Shown one piece after another: positions 48,435-62,378 of a stretch of 64,000 bases of DNA (positions are counted from its first letter, which is position 1; every line of letters starts with the position of its first letter). The stretch is from the NCBI GenBank assembly GCA_051362555.1, contig CM120641.1, positions 39,934,401-39,998,400 of the forward strand, in the 5' to 3' direction. Under the pieces are notes generated by a model, which did no database searches, was not told where the DNA came from, and saw only the letters and a program-made list of their open reading frames with translations. A program made the position numbers and the translations under genes. The DNA comes from Lingula anatina (Eukaryota; Animalia; Brachiopoda).

Positions 48435-50569
48435 ACATAAGGGACGGCAGCAAAATGAAATCACTGTCATTTTTAAAATGACAACTCACCCGTTATAGGG
48501 TAGCAGGACAAGCTTCAGGAACCATTATTTCTTTTTAAAGTTGCAATTTACAACGCATATGGACTGTAGATCCTACATTCCCAACATTCCATCACAATAC
48601 AGGTCAGTGTGATATGTGAAATCAAGCTACCGTGCAGTTTTTGAGGACACAATACGATTGAAACAACCTTTATCTGCACTCAGGATTTTATAAAGATGAA
48701 TGTGATATCGGATGATGTGCCCGAAGACGCTAAACGTTCACTCACCTACATAGGTGGGAAAGACAAACATACAGTATGTAAACTTATAAGAAATCTGTCA
48801 ACCATAAACCACAGCAAAGAAATAGGAGATGCCAGAGGCCTAGACTTTATCTGCTTTTCATATGTAATATAACCGTAGCAGAACGTTAAATAGTTATGCA
48901 TGGTATGACCCAAGCTCCCCACCGACACGTTTTCGAGGACGCAAGTCGAAGTGGCCTTACGGGTACATGTATACAAGGTTAGCCAGGCAAAACAGATAAC
49001 CTGGCCTTCGGTTTATTTAGTTGCTGATAATTCAGTCTTATTTTCGCCGTCATTGGATTGTTGTCCCCAAATATAATTAAGTAGTAGTTGTTTCTGAGAG
49101 AAAATTGCTTAAATTTTTGAAAATAATTTGAATATTGATTTGTATGTATAAACAATAAGGTCTGAGCTTAAGGCCTTTTTTAAAACTTCAATCTCTAGAA
49201 AATTGAAATTTCCTGGGGTGTCAATTTCTTTCTTCAATATTCAGGCCTAATAAACGAAATTGTCGTTTGTGACCTTGGAGCCACTTCACCTGCCCGTTCG
49301 GCTCTTACAATTGGACATTGAGATCGAAGTTTATTTCGTTGTTTCGGCGATTGCAATCACAAACCCGCTACTCCAAGTCACAATTAGCCATTATCGTTTA
49401 TGAGGCCGAAATATTTCCAAACCTTGCAAGAGCATCGTCTTCTTTCGCTCTCACATGACGCAAACAGATTTAGATACAAGTGACAACCAAAGTATATAGT
49501 TGTGACAAATACCATGCAGTGATTGGCTTAGAGTTGCTGATGGTTCCCAACAATACAGTGTAATGCAGGGGGGGGAGGGCTTCTCCATCAGAAATGTTTA
49601 GAAAGAAACAATTTATGGCCTTTTGTAAAAAATAACAACTTGGAGGAGGGACAAAAAAAGCTTTTTTCACTTTGATATCAAAATATCTATTTCTATTATA
49701 TTTTAGGATACGTTCAATTCATATGATTTTGCCAGTTATAGTCAATAAAAGTTAATATCTGGGTTTGTTTATTCTTGGATCACGCTACAACGAGCACAAG
49801 GGGCCCAAAATGAAAGATATCATAAGCAATCACTTTTAACAACAGAGATAATTTATTATTCTTGCATTTTGACGAGTACACTTATAAGTTATAATGTAAT
49901 TGGTGAATGCCATTTCCTATTTTCATGTTTTAAATGTGAAAAAATGCCCCATGTCTTTATTCTGCATTGTGAATTTAAAAATAATGCAAAGATAAACACA
50001 ATGTTTATTAAATACATCTTATCCTGGATGTCGAATGTAGACTTCGACTGAAATATGGAACTGCCTTAAATTTTCATGTTTCAGGAACCATTATTTCTAT
50101 CTTAAGTTGCAATTCAGGCAATTAACAACGCATATACATTCCCAACATTCCATCCCAATACAGGTCAAGGTGATATGTGAAATTAAGCTACTGTTCAGTT
50201 TTTTGAGGACACATTATGTTTTAAACAACCTTTATCTGTGCTTTGTAAAGGTGGATGTAGTATCGAACGACATGTCCAAAGACGCTCAATGCTCATTCAC
50301 CTTTTTGTGTCTTAAGTCAGCAATATCAACGCCGAGCTTTCAGCACTAAAAGCAATGACTACGCCATTGCATCCACCTCTGTTAGAACTTTTACAAGAAC
50401 CGCGGTTGCCCATAACTATGTTCGAACTAACAACCGTATGATGAAGATAATAAACGGTTCCAAAAGACATTCAGCATGTAAGATCCAATCCCACCATCAT
50501 TCCTGGTCATAAATCTGAACGTGGAAATCATGAAATCTTTCACTTTGAGAGTTTTTCCAGACACGTTTA

Positions 50570-50894
50570 AGTCTGCTACGACCGCTGCTCAAAAAGGACA
50601 ATCTTAACATCTTGTAAATTATTTCCATGTCTCCAATTTGTCATTTTTATCTAAGCTAGTAGAGAGGGTTATAACTGTTATTTAGAAGCACACAATCTGG
50701 TTGAAGAAATGCAAATTCAATCATAATGCTGAATCTGCACTTTTGAGAATTAAAAGTGGTGTTGATAAATAATCGGCCGTGTTAATGGCACTGTTACATT
50801 TTCCGCTGCCTTTGGCACCGTGGACCATTATATTCTACTAGCATTTACTAGCAGAGGAAAGGATTAGAGGTAATGTCATCGATCTTTTACTATC

Positions 50895-50926
<32 letters not shown>

Positions 50927-51790
50927 TTTTTTTTTTTTTTTTGGCGGGGGCGGGTGTATCAAGTTAATGTAAATGGTGTGTTCTTTTTAAACTCTCACAG
51001 ATTTGATTTGGCGTTCCTTAGGGCATTTTTGTGTATACACGTTACCCCTTTGGAGCAATTTTGTGTTATCACAAGATACTGCAACATCCATGATCCGCAT
51101 TGTAAGTGAATACCACTGTTGACAGCATTTCAAACCTCAGAGGCTCATTTCAAACAAATGAAAGATAAATGATGGAAAAAATTAATTTTTAATCATAAGA
51201 ATAGGGTCCTTGCTCATAACCTGAAACTAAAATTTGGAGCTAGTATGGCAATTTCCTCCCCCATGTAAAAAAAAATAGTATAATTTGATTCTACGCTATA
51301 TCAGTGGACAGACAGATACCCAACATTACTACGTCGTGTCATTAATATTCGGAATATCGGCACCATAAGGAAATATCTGAATCAATCATCTGCTGCTACT
51401 GTTATACATTCAGTAGTCACTTCTAGGCTGGACTACTGCAATTCAATTCTGTACTATACGAACATTCTGATAATAAGATAAAAAAAGATTACAGAATATT
51501 TCGGCACTACTTTTAATAACAGATTGTCACATAACTCCTATTTCAAAGCAGCTGCACTGGTTACCAGTTAGGGCTAAAGTACTGTTTATTTAAATTTTTA
51601 GTTTTTTTCACGTTGCATTTTTCTTCAAAGAACCCAGAGGTATGGTGACAAAATTTTACCAGAAAACAAGGTTAAAAACGTATGGTGACATAGCATTTTG
51701 TATAGCTGCTTTTTGTAGCCTATAGACTGGAACAAGCCGCCAATTTAACTAAGATAGAAAGAAATACCATCAGTTCAAAAAAGGCCGACT
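50570..51790 (+). mobile_element. Heavily decayed L2-clade LINE fragment
   Basis: Remnant peptides PLLKK, VSNLSFLSKLVERV, SRLDYCNSIL, HITPISKQLHWLPV, TYGDIAF. Confidence 0.8.
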
Positions 51791-53198
51791 CATTTGAAAG
51801 CTTACCGTGCTATCCCCGCGGGGAATCTATTCAGTGTCTGTTAGGGCTTTACGCGTTTAAACGTATCTGTTAGTCCGCGAATCAACGTGTTCTGAATGCG
51901 CCACTAGTTCTCAATGACTGTTCAATATTTTCAAAGACAATTGCAAGCAAAATTCTTAAGTCAATAACAGTATTGTCGATGTAAGAACCAACACAGTTGG
52001 CTCCAGCAAGAGGGTTGGGTACCTTCAATGGAACTGTTGGAAACCCCGGAAGCATTTGTCTGAATTTTTTTTTTCACCAAGGAAGGACGTTTCGTTTTAG
52101 CTTATTTTACTGTCTTGCATTAAATCCAGCTGTCTTAACCCTTTTCTGGTCATTAGGTCTGAAAAGAAGGACCGAAAATCAGGCGTCCGGCTCAGAAAAC
52201 CCGAAAAGGCCCGTGTATATTAACTTACTTTTAAATAGTTCAAGTTTCAAGTTTTAACTAATCATCTCAAAATTTGGCAATTTAATGCAGGACAGTCATA
52301 GCAGACAACATGAAAGTCAAAACTGTGTTGGGTCGATCCATGCTAACATTTTTTGGTTGTTTTTTTAAGTGAAGATTGCTTTCGCAACAGAAATTTGGAT
52401 AAAACTTTGCAGCAAAGACGTTACTTCTATTTTCTTTTCTTTCTTTCTTTTTCTTTTCCGAATGATACCGATAGATATTTTTATTTGAAAGATAATTATT
52501 TCTTTTCAAATTTATGCATTATATCTGCATTGAATATCATTGGAACTCCATGAAAATTTAAGTCCATGGTAATAATTTAGAAAAAGAAAAATAATGCAAG
52601 GTTGAGAAATACACCAGTGGTATGACAACTAAGGGCGTATTCCCACACATTTAGATCGATCTATCCCCGTGGGGAGTCTCACTAGATTACTGTCAGATAA
52701 TCCCGCTTAAATGTCCGTACAAGCTGTAAGGGGGTAATTAACTTTCGTGCCCGCTCGGCTGACAGCTATTTAGCGTGAACCCCCAGGGAGTTAGGTCGAT
52801 CTAGTTTGGATCGATCTAATCTCTGGGAATGGGGTCTTAATGTTGATTTTTAAGAGTAAATTTGGATTTACTTGTTTTCTATCGAAAATGAAAATTTCAG
52901 GCAATTATGATGAAAAATATAGATGAAATGACATTTTAGTGCAGTGCATCGTTTTCTGTGTCATTCTACAGAATTAATAGGATTCCTCTGACTTGACCAA
53001 CTTTTGACCAACATTTTCATAACCAGGGACAGTCAAATTCATGTTTGTCTTTTTTTGACAAAAAGAATGCTCCGTTGTACTCAAACGGGTTTTGACCAAA
53101 TATCTTTTTTTAATCTGAGAATATCCATTTCTCTAAAAACTAACCTCTCTGTTATCAGCATGCCTCTGCGTTTTCTTGTAACATACTAGCTGATAGTA

Positions 53199-54575
53199 CA
53201 CACACTGGACAATAGAAGTGTCACCCCTACTGAACCAGTACTATGGGGGAGATAAATGACTGTGGAATGATATGCTCCTGGTATCATTTTATTAACATCA
53301 AATTTCACAAAAAATCACAAAATGAGAACAAAATATACATTCTACCAAATATGCAGTTTCAAGTCCAAAACTAGTACTTAGTGGCATAGCCACGTGACCT
53401 AATAATAGGTGCCAGTCTACGAGGCAAGGATTCATATAATTGTATGATGCGTTCAGGGCTTATGCTGGCCCGAGCATGAAACACTGAATATAACAGAGTT
53501 TCTCTGCTAGTTAGACGGGCATTTGTCAAAAGTTTTGACATATCATTCCACATACTTTCTATTATGTTTGCATCCAGACTCTGGGCAGGCCACATCACCC
53601 TGCGCATGTCCTGTTGGTCAAACCAATCATCAACTGCTGTGACAAGGAGCATTGTCATCCTGGTGAACAAATGGATAATCCCTGTCGCCAAACATGTTAG
53701 TAATAGATGGTAGCAAGCCTGACTCCAAAACATCGATATATTTCTAGTGATTCATGTTTCCATCAACCACTATCAATTGGCCCACGCCATGGATGCTGAT
53801 GCAGCCCCACACCATGATGAATATGCTGCTCCGGGTTCAAAAATTCAGTGCATGTGGTTCAAATGCTTTACCAGCAGTTCGCCAGCATCGTACCCGTCTG
53901 TCATCAGAGGTCAGACCAAAGCGACACTCATCAGAAAAAATATATAGGACCAATTGTCATGGACTGTCCAGTTCCAAATCCTGTTGACCCTAGTTCACTC
54001 TTCGTTGCCTGTTTTGTAACGATATAAGAGGTTTCAGTCTTGCTACCCTGCTGTACACTCTATGAGCATGTAACCGACGCCTAGCAATTTTCACAGACAC
54101 ATTCTTATGTGTGAAATTGTTCCACTGTGTTGTCAACTGACAAGCAGTGTCGAACTTTGATAACCTGGACATCAAAATCAGTCATCGGTCTTCACGGCCA
54201 GTATTTTTTCTTGGACGACCAATCAGAGGCAATTTGTCTCTTGATCTAGTGTTTCTATACCGAAACCAGACCCTCTGCACGGTTCTGACTGAACAATTCA
54301 ATTGCATCGATATTCTGACATTGCTTATATTTCGCCTCTTCAGGCTAATAACTTGTACCTATAACCGTTAGATAATTGCCTGTATCTTGCCATATTGGAG
54401 GAAGACAGGAATAACATTTGCTGTACATGTACAAGACCAACAATACATTTCCACGGTATAGCGGTTTTATACTCATTAGTCACATTATAAGTAGGCCAGG
54501 CATTATAACTACCCAAGATCTGCCTACCTTTATTACTCTGAGTTAGGGGGTGACACTTCTATTGTCCAGTGTGTG
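53199..54575 (-). mobile_element. Tc1-family DNA transposon with frameshifted transposase
   Basis: 29-bp TIR cacacactggacaatagaagtgtcacccc, TA on both sides; fragments RRRLHAHRVYSRVARLKPLIS, FSDE, WPAQSLDANIIESMW, ESLPRRLAPIIRSRGYATKY. Confidence 0.93.
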
Positions 54576-54819
54576 TAGAGGTCGGATGAGGTTGTGTAGT
54601 CTGCTGTACTACCGTAAACTGGTACAGTGTACACAGCACGACATTGCTCGACAAGCAAACTAAGACATCACAAATATTTTGAGTTAAACAAAAATAGCTA
54701 GGGGCTCTGAATTACTTTACTTTTTTAAAAATGTTTCTATGATGTTGAATTTGAATGCCATTTTGTTTATTTTAGTCTTACTTAAGGCTTCCTCAAGTAA
54801 AGTACCTACCAGCGTCTTC

Positions 54820-54831
54820 TGCACATGCGCA
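54820..54831 (+). promoter_or_regulatory. NRF1-like site upstream of mRpS34
   Basis: tgcacatgcgca, 11/12 match to TGCGCATGCGCA, ending 17 nt before the ATG of a mitoribosomal gene. Confidence 0.45.
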
Positions 54832-54848
54832 TTTAGTGTTGGTTAAAC

Positions 54849-57187
54849 ATGGCCCAAACTACAAAGCTAGTTGCGCGATATCCAACCTATTTCCATGGAA
54901 AAACTCTGTACGGAATTGTGTCAAACTTTAAAAATTTTGGTGTTGGAAGAACTGTTATTCGTAATAGTCTGCTCAGATACCCAGAGCCTTCATTTTACAA
55001 GATTGTTAAGGTGGAGATGGATCTAAGTCGACACTTCGTAAGTACATGTTGATTTAAACATATTCGAAGTTTCAGCATTTTGATTTGTGTGTGTCATAAC
55101 ATAATTAAGAAGTATTTAAAAGAACATCAAAAAAATGCTTGAAGTTTATCCCGATTTTAGTTTTTACAACCTATGTTTAGTTTGTGGTAAAACACAATGA
55201 ATCACCAATAAATGCACCTTGCCTAACACATTAGCACGAAAATTCATGCGTTAGCACTCCTATTGACGATTCTGATATGTACGCAGTGCTAACGCATGAA
55301 AGCAAAGGCCTCAAAAAGTTGGAAATGAAAACCGGTTGCTGAACCAGCCGCGGTGCAGCAGCTCTCAAATTTTTATTTTACATCTCATCCCCTCAATAGG
55401 CACATTACTGTGAAGCCAACTAGCTTTCCCATCAACAAATTCATCTGTCTATCTACCAGTTTGACCGTTGTAAAATCATACACCGCTATAAACAGAGGAA
55501 AACCAGGACAAATCTACTCAGGTCATGACGCAAGGGCCAGTAAAGCCCCTATTTCACACAGACCAGGAATCCCACGAATGGCCTTGAATTGACAAATTTC
55601 ACCATTCGTGGTTGAATCATAATCAGTTCATGAAGTTCTTAACAGATTCGTATCTATTCGTAGTCAGTTCTTGCACTTCTTGACCAACAGAAATTGGTGG
55701 CAAAACTTTGATGCCCCTATTTCACACAGACCACGAATCGCCAGGAATTGAAAATTTCAGGATTCGTGGTTGAATCGTAATCAGTTCGTGAAGTTCTTAG
55801 CAGATTCGTATATAATCGTAGCCAGTTATTACAATTCTTGATCAATCAGGAATTCGTGGCAAAAATTTTGAGCTGTTCAAAGTTTTGGCCACGAACTCCC
55901 GATTCCAAAAAATCGTAGTGAATTTCTGGACAATATTCGTGTGATTCCAACCGAATCCCATGAATATTCGTAACACTTTCGTACCTGTATCGTAACTGAA
56001 TTGTGAACGTGTCGAATTAGACCAGAAAATTGGCAAAATCTCACGAATCCTCACGATTCCTGAAATTTGTCAATTCCTGGCGATTCGTGGGATTCGTGGT
56101 CTGTGTGAAATAGGGGCCTAACCTACTGCACATGAGCGGAATTTATTTAAAAACTGGGTCTTCTAGTTGATTTTCACTATGTATCTATGACAATATAACA
56201 TTTTATTTTTGAATGAAAAACGGCTGAAAATTCCATTTCAGTTACTTCATTTTCATCAATTCAGTTAATTGTGTCAGAAACGTAAAGAGCGGGTGACTTG
56301 CCTACCGTTCCTCGTTCCAACCGAGTCCAGACATTATGTGGACCACAACTTTCACTCATGCACAGTAGGTTACTGGCAGTTGACCTGAGTAGATTTGACC
56401 TGATTTTCGCCAGTTTATAGCGGGTGTATGATTTTACGACGGTCAAACTGGTAAACAGAGAGATGGATTTCGGGAAGAAATACCTCTGTTGATGGGAAAG
56501 CTGGTTGGCTTCACAGTAATGTGCGTGTTGAGGAGATGAGATGTAAAATAAAAATTGCGTTAGCACAGCCAGTACATATCAGAATCGTCAATAGGAGTGC
56601 TAACGCATGAATTTTCGTGCTACTAACACATGTACACACACTTTTAAACACATACACACAGGCGGGCACACACACTCTCACACAGACTGAAAATGTATAA
56701 TATTCTTTAACAAACTGCACTACTCATTGTTACTTTTGTTTTGTAGGGAAAGACAAAACGTTTTTGCAGGGTTTACGCTCATACCTGGTTCAGAGGAGAG
56801 TACCGTGGCATCAAAGGCACAGGGGCAGCTTTTAAGGCAGACTGGCGACTCTTACAGGAAGATGAATTAGACACCTTTTGTAACCTTGAAAATGCTCCAG
56901 AGAGGCCAGTTAGGGCAGTACCCATGTATTTCAGGGCTCCGCCTCTCTACGAATTGCACAAACTTCAGAGGTTAAAATTTCTAAATGTAGAGGCTGAGGC
57001 TCCAGTGACATTAAAAATAGTCCCAGTAAAAGAAAATGCTTTTATTACGCAGGATCCAAACTGGATAGCTGACCCCTATATAAGACACAAGGTGGAAGGA
57101 TATGAAGCTGAGTCAGGATCTTATGGAGAACTGCCTAAAACTAAAATCCACCCTAAGACTGTATATGGAGACTTAAAAGATTCTTAA
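54849..57187 (+). CDS. MRPS34: Mitochondrial 28S ribosomal protein S34; exons 54849-55037 and 56747-57187
   Basis: GKTLYGIVSNFKNFGVGRTVIR..RYPEPSFYKIVKV; WFRG..KADWRLL; phase-0 GT-AG intron. Confidence 0.88.
55232..56621. mobile_element. Foldback-like element with long inverted arms in the mRpS34 intron
   Basis: tagcacgaaaattcatgcgttagcactcctattgacgattctgatatgtac inverted at ~56572-56621; further inverted blocks 55371-55525 vs 56380-56554. Confidence 0.8.
55544..56118. mobile_element. PIF/Harbinger-like MITE (TAA TSD) nested in the foldback arm
   Basis: TIR gcccctatttcacacagacca; taa on both sides; left end duplicated internally at ~55713; uninterrupted site visible in the opposite arm. Confidence 0.82.
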
Positions 57188-58584
57188 GAGACTTATTATG
57201 GTGAAGGGGTGTGGGGTATCAAATATTGTTATAGCATTGATCGATTGAGAAGAAGAAATATTGTGTGCAAACTGAGAGGACTTCTTTTTTAATCGTAGCA
57301 CTGATTTGCTGCTTGTTGTTAATAATTTATGAGCTCCAGATTCAGATGTTCTGGACATCAATCAAAGGCTTTATTTAGCGTCTTTGCTGGTAAAATCAGA
57401 ATTAAGCCTTTCAATAAGAATTCTTTAAAACAAATTGTAATACTTATAACCGTAATTATATAGGTATTAAAACAGTTTTGATAGCTGCTTGGTAAAGCTG
57501 GTGAGGTAAAGCTGCTTGAATTTGAAAACAATTTTCAACACAATAACACTTCTTATACATCACCTAATGTGAATTCTATTGATAACTGTCAAAGGTAAAT
57601 TGAAACTTCCTTCTAAATAATTTTCAAAGGGGACACCAAAATAATAATAATCAAATCACAAATTGAGAACGGTGTGGCAGTGCAGTTTCACACATGGAAA
57701 ACGTTAAAAAATTATCAATGTTTTCATGTTACACTGGAGTGTTTTCAATAATTAACTGGTTTCATTTGTATATAGCGTTTGGAAAAATTAACTGAGATTT
57801 ACATGTACGTGACAGTATTTCATCTGCTGACAGAAACTTGTTTATTTCACAAATTGAGAGAAATTATGACTTGGAAGGTATAATTTTGATGACATTTTTT
57901 TCAGTATGAAAGAAGCTATCTGCTGTACACTTGCGCTATACTACATTGTCTGTGTGTTTTGTGTTTGATGTATCATACCCGTAAATTTAATACGGGGTGT
58001 GAATTGGGGTGGGGGATTTGCTACACAGTCCGTTCCGTACCAACTTACCGGCGAGTATTATCACTTCAGTCTAAGACCCATCATCTGTAGCGATTAACTT
58101 ATTTTATACCTTGTCCCATTCTGGATAAAGGCTGTGATTCATATCACAGCGGGTATTAATCCTTATCCTGAACACAAAGTAATTTCTGTGCTTGGGTGCT
58201 GCAGCTTTCATGTTCACACTAGGAAAACTCCCCACATTGTAACTGTCTAAATTCTAAACAGACCGTCTTTGAAGGTGACGTTAAGGAAATTTTCAAATGC
58301 TAGTATTTCTTTCACGTTTAAAATTTGCGCAATATGCAGTCTATACATACAAGCAGCGTTCATGGTTATTCTTTTTTCAATAAAGAAAAAAGAATCCAAA
58401 TACACAGGCTTGTTTCACAAAAAATCCTTATCAGCCCGAAAATTGATCTTAACTTCTATCTCAAACACTGACAGTTCAAGACAAATCCACAGCGACTTGA
58501 TACATTAGTCCTGTATTTCAGACGCAAGAATTCGCTTTAACAAGTCTTCTACTCATCCATCTGATCCATCTTGGGATCAAACAT

Positions 58585-58742
58585 CAGCCCCGTAAGGGGG
58601 GGGGAAAGACCCCCCCCCCCCCCTTTACTGGGAAAAGGTCCCCTCTAGGTAAAATTTTATCTAGCCACACGAAGGTTTCATGGTAAAGGTCCACTTCTTC
58701 AGAACAATAACCCCCCTTTTGAAATTTCTGGCTACGGGCTTG
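58585..58742. mobile_element. Small hAT-like MITE remnant
   Basis: cagccccgta / tacgggcttg ends with G/C runs, resembling the 7794-8265 element. Confidence 0.45.
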
Positions 58743-59080
58743 ATAATAGACCGTTTTATTAAGGTATTAAAGTCAAGACGTAACATGTGAGAAACGTATC
58801 TTCTGAGTTCGAGGGCCCCTAAAATAGTAAATAAAATAAAAGTATAGGCGATACAAAAATGTTATAACAGACTACTAGCGCACCCTGTGGCCAGAGAGTA
58901 CATTGTAGGAGAAACGATCCTCACAGCATAGCCGACCTTGTGAAGTGCGCAGTGTCGTCATCGGGCGACTCCGTGAACGTAGAGCTCACAGGGCGTTTGT
59001 TTAGCCTTATTGTGCATACATAACAAGAAGGAAAATAAGGGACAAGGCGAATTTGGAGAGATCTTAACCCAACTAGCATA

Positions 59081-59707
59081 ATGGCGTTACCCTTCTCAGC
59101 AATGCCTGGACCCCGGTGCGTTCCAATATTTGGCTCGGCGTTAAATTATACCAAGTTAGGTAAGTATACAGTTTACCGTGTATAACTCTACAAATGTTCT
59201 GTTGGAAGTGGAGATCTTATATACTTATCAAGCCAGTCAAGTTCTTGAGCTGACCAAAATTGACCTGGTGAAAGCAACGTCAATGTAATTGAACTCGAGA
59301 GTGACCTACGTTTACCATAGCCTTAAACTTTGTCGGGACAAAAAATAATGTTGGTAACAAATAAATAAGATAATAAGAATAATAATATAAAGAAGAAGTA
59401 GGGAGCAATGTCGAGGACTTGGAATCTCAAACCTTGATAAAGGTTTACCTTTTGAAGGATGGACCAGGGAGACCACTGGGGTGTCTTATGGACGCCCTGT
59501 ACCCTATATGAATTTAAACCAGGACTGATATTTGCATTATCACTGTTGAAATGACATAAATGGCAAAAATCCCAGTTAATATTTGAGTAGCGGTTATTTT
59601 AGTCCCACGCTGTGCTTGCTTTAAAATGAGATTTGAGTTAGACTGGCATTTAGAGTGCTTCTCTGTATCTTGTTACCCCTAATTCTCAGCGGTACATTTT
59701 GTGCTGA

Positions 59708-59742
<35 letters not shown>

Positions 59743-62342
59743 AGAAAAAAAAAGAGAGGGGGGGGTTAGTGTCACGAATGCTGCTCTTACAATATCGCCG
59801 TACACGGCAACATCCTTTCATTTCTAGTTTTGATTAGTTATCAGTCTATGATAAATAATGATTGTACAAATGATGATACAATAAACTCTACAGATATAGA
59901 ATATAGATAGCTTGTGTTCGAAAAGAAGGAGTCAAGCTTTTTAAGTGACAAATTATACTGAGATTGTGCCCTCTTTTTTATTAGGAGTATATGTACACCG
60001 GAAAAATAACTTTCAAACATAGTTGGAAAGCTGTTTTTAAGGCTTTACATAGAAGTACGGTACACTTCTAAACACAAGGTGGCTGAAGCAAGCATTATTG
60101 GGCTTTCGTCCTGTTTAATGAGTTACAATTTTAGGTCCTTACAGATTTGAACGGCTTCATCTTGCTAAACTGGAATACTACCAGCGTTATGGGCGAGTAT
60201 ACAAGGAAAAACTTGGACCGATGACAGTGGTTAATTTGTTTGACCCAGTCGACATCGCTAAAGTATTCCGTGGTGAGGGAAAGTATCCCAAACGACCTCC
60301 GATGCCAATAGTCTATATCGCTGAAAAACGAGAAAAGTTTGCCCTCGGAATAGGTTCTTTGTAAGTAAGATTTGTTTCAAAATCTCAGTGAAATTGCATT
60401 TTAATCTAGTAATTTTCCATTTTCTTATAAAATATAAAAGAATATAAATTAGTTTTCAATTGAGATTTATATGGATTTCCATTGATGCATTATAGACAAG
60501 GCGAGGCCTGGTTCAACGTCAGGAAGTCAGTTCAGAAGATGATGATGCATCCAAGGGCAGCCTCTGTTTATCTCCCGGCACAAAACGAAGTAGCGGACGA
60601 TTTTCTTCAACTTCTGTTAGACAAACGAGATAGAACGAGCGGCGAAGTGTCAGGGCTGTTCTCATACGTCACCAAATATGCCATGGAATGTAATTACAAT
60701 AAAACGAATTGGTATTGTTTGTAGAATATAAAACTGAAAATGCAAAAGCATATGTTATACATGTATATTAAGCACAGAGTAAGGTTTAATAGACTATAAG
60801 GGCTTGCAAATCTTTGTAGCAATAGATGACCATTATGAGTTGTAATAGTTGAAATACATACGCTGAGATGGTATGTAACTGTGGTGATACACGCTTTGTT
60901 TGGATCTGGGAGGGGGGTCGGTAAAAAGCGAGTCTTTTCTCTTGTTATGCATGTCATTATATTAGATATTTAATTCAACTCTTTACTTCAAGCTATCGGC
61001 ACAGTATGTTTCAACACAAGACTAGGGGTAATGGATGACGATTTATGTCTTGGTTCTGACGCCAACAAGATGATATCGTCGTCACAAGCCATGTTTGACG
61101 CCGTGCAAAAAACGATGTATGCGTTTCCGTGGTATCATTTCTTTCGAACACGACTGTACTCGCAGTTTGTTACTGGAAAACGTGGATGTAACGAGTAAGT
61201 TTTTTCTAATAAGGTATAATATGGAGCAAGCCCTTCAGTAAGCTTTCTTCAAACTGGCCATCATAATCAGGCCCTGCTGACATTTGAAGAAAACATAAAG
61301 CATAATTAGAATTTTTAATGATATAAATGTACAATTATTTCGTCTTTTTTGTTATGAAAGAAATCAAAACCTACAACGTGCTTGTTTATATTTTTTCAAG
61401 TTCATATTTATTGAAAATAAGTGATATAATTATTTAATCATGATTCATTAATGGCCAGGCAGTGGGTTTAAGATCAAAAGCATTTTGTCAATTAAACGCG
61501 TTGTATTCCTCTTTCAGACTTGCGCTTAAATATCTCAATGCCGCTAGAGAGAAATTTGGGGAGATTAGCCCCAATGATTCTGAAAACAATGACAGTTTCC
61601 TCGCCACCGTGCTATCGAATAAGGCTTTGTCAAACGAGGATGCAGTGAATCTGACCGTAGATTTATTTACTGCAGGGATAGATTCAGTAAGCGTTTAATA
61701 TCTTACTACAGTAGAATGAAATATTAAAACTGTGTGAAATCAGCATCGAATTTCTCGAATCAGTTATAAATTCTAGTAAAAATAAAATATCCGAGAAGAA
61801 GCAGAAGCTTTCTCACTAGAGATGGTTTTATTTGTCAATAGGACATAAAACCAAATATAAAGAGTTATCTGTATTGTTTGAATCATTTTACATAGACCTA
61901 TGAATTGGTTAACCAATTTTCTAAGAACCCGTATATGTATGTACCTTGTACGCATTATTCATTCCTATATATACCTATGTAAATAATTGACCTTTTTATA
62001 ACATATTTAAAGTTTTATCTTACGCAATAGATACACTAGAAAAAATATACCAAAATCTGTTGGTACAAAACTCTTCGACTTTTGAATTTATAAATATACA
62101 CCATGTAAATTGCATGAAGAGTTTCAGAGATTTATGTCTCATCAACGGTGAACTTTTCCAGACTGCCAGCGCTCTGTCCTTTGCTCTCTATCACCTGGCC
62201 AAAAACCCGGCTGAACAAGAAAAGCTTTATCAGGAAATATCCACAGTGATACCCCACGGATGTTCAGTGAACGTCAGTCACATAGACAACATGCCGTACC
62301 TGAAAGCATGTATTAAAGAGTCCTTCAGGTATAATTTCTGTC

Positions 62343-62378
<36 letters not shown>

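Larger units (their letters stand above)
22971..49378 (+). repeat. Tandem segmental duplication, unit 2 (expanded by LINE and Gypsy; retains the AsnRS-like gene)
   Basis: Same boundary sequences as unit 1. Confidence 0.88.

Noticed and set aside
58874-58893. CTCF-like motif upstream of the P450
   Set aside because: Needs a gap in the core to fit the consensus.
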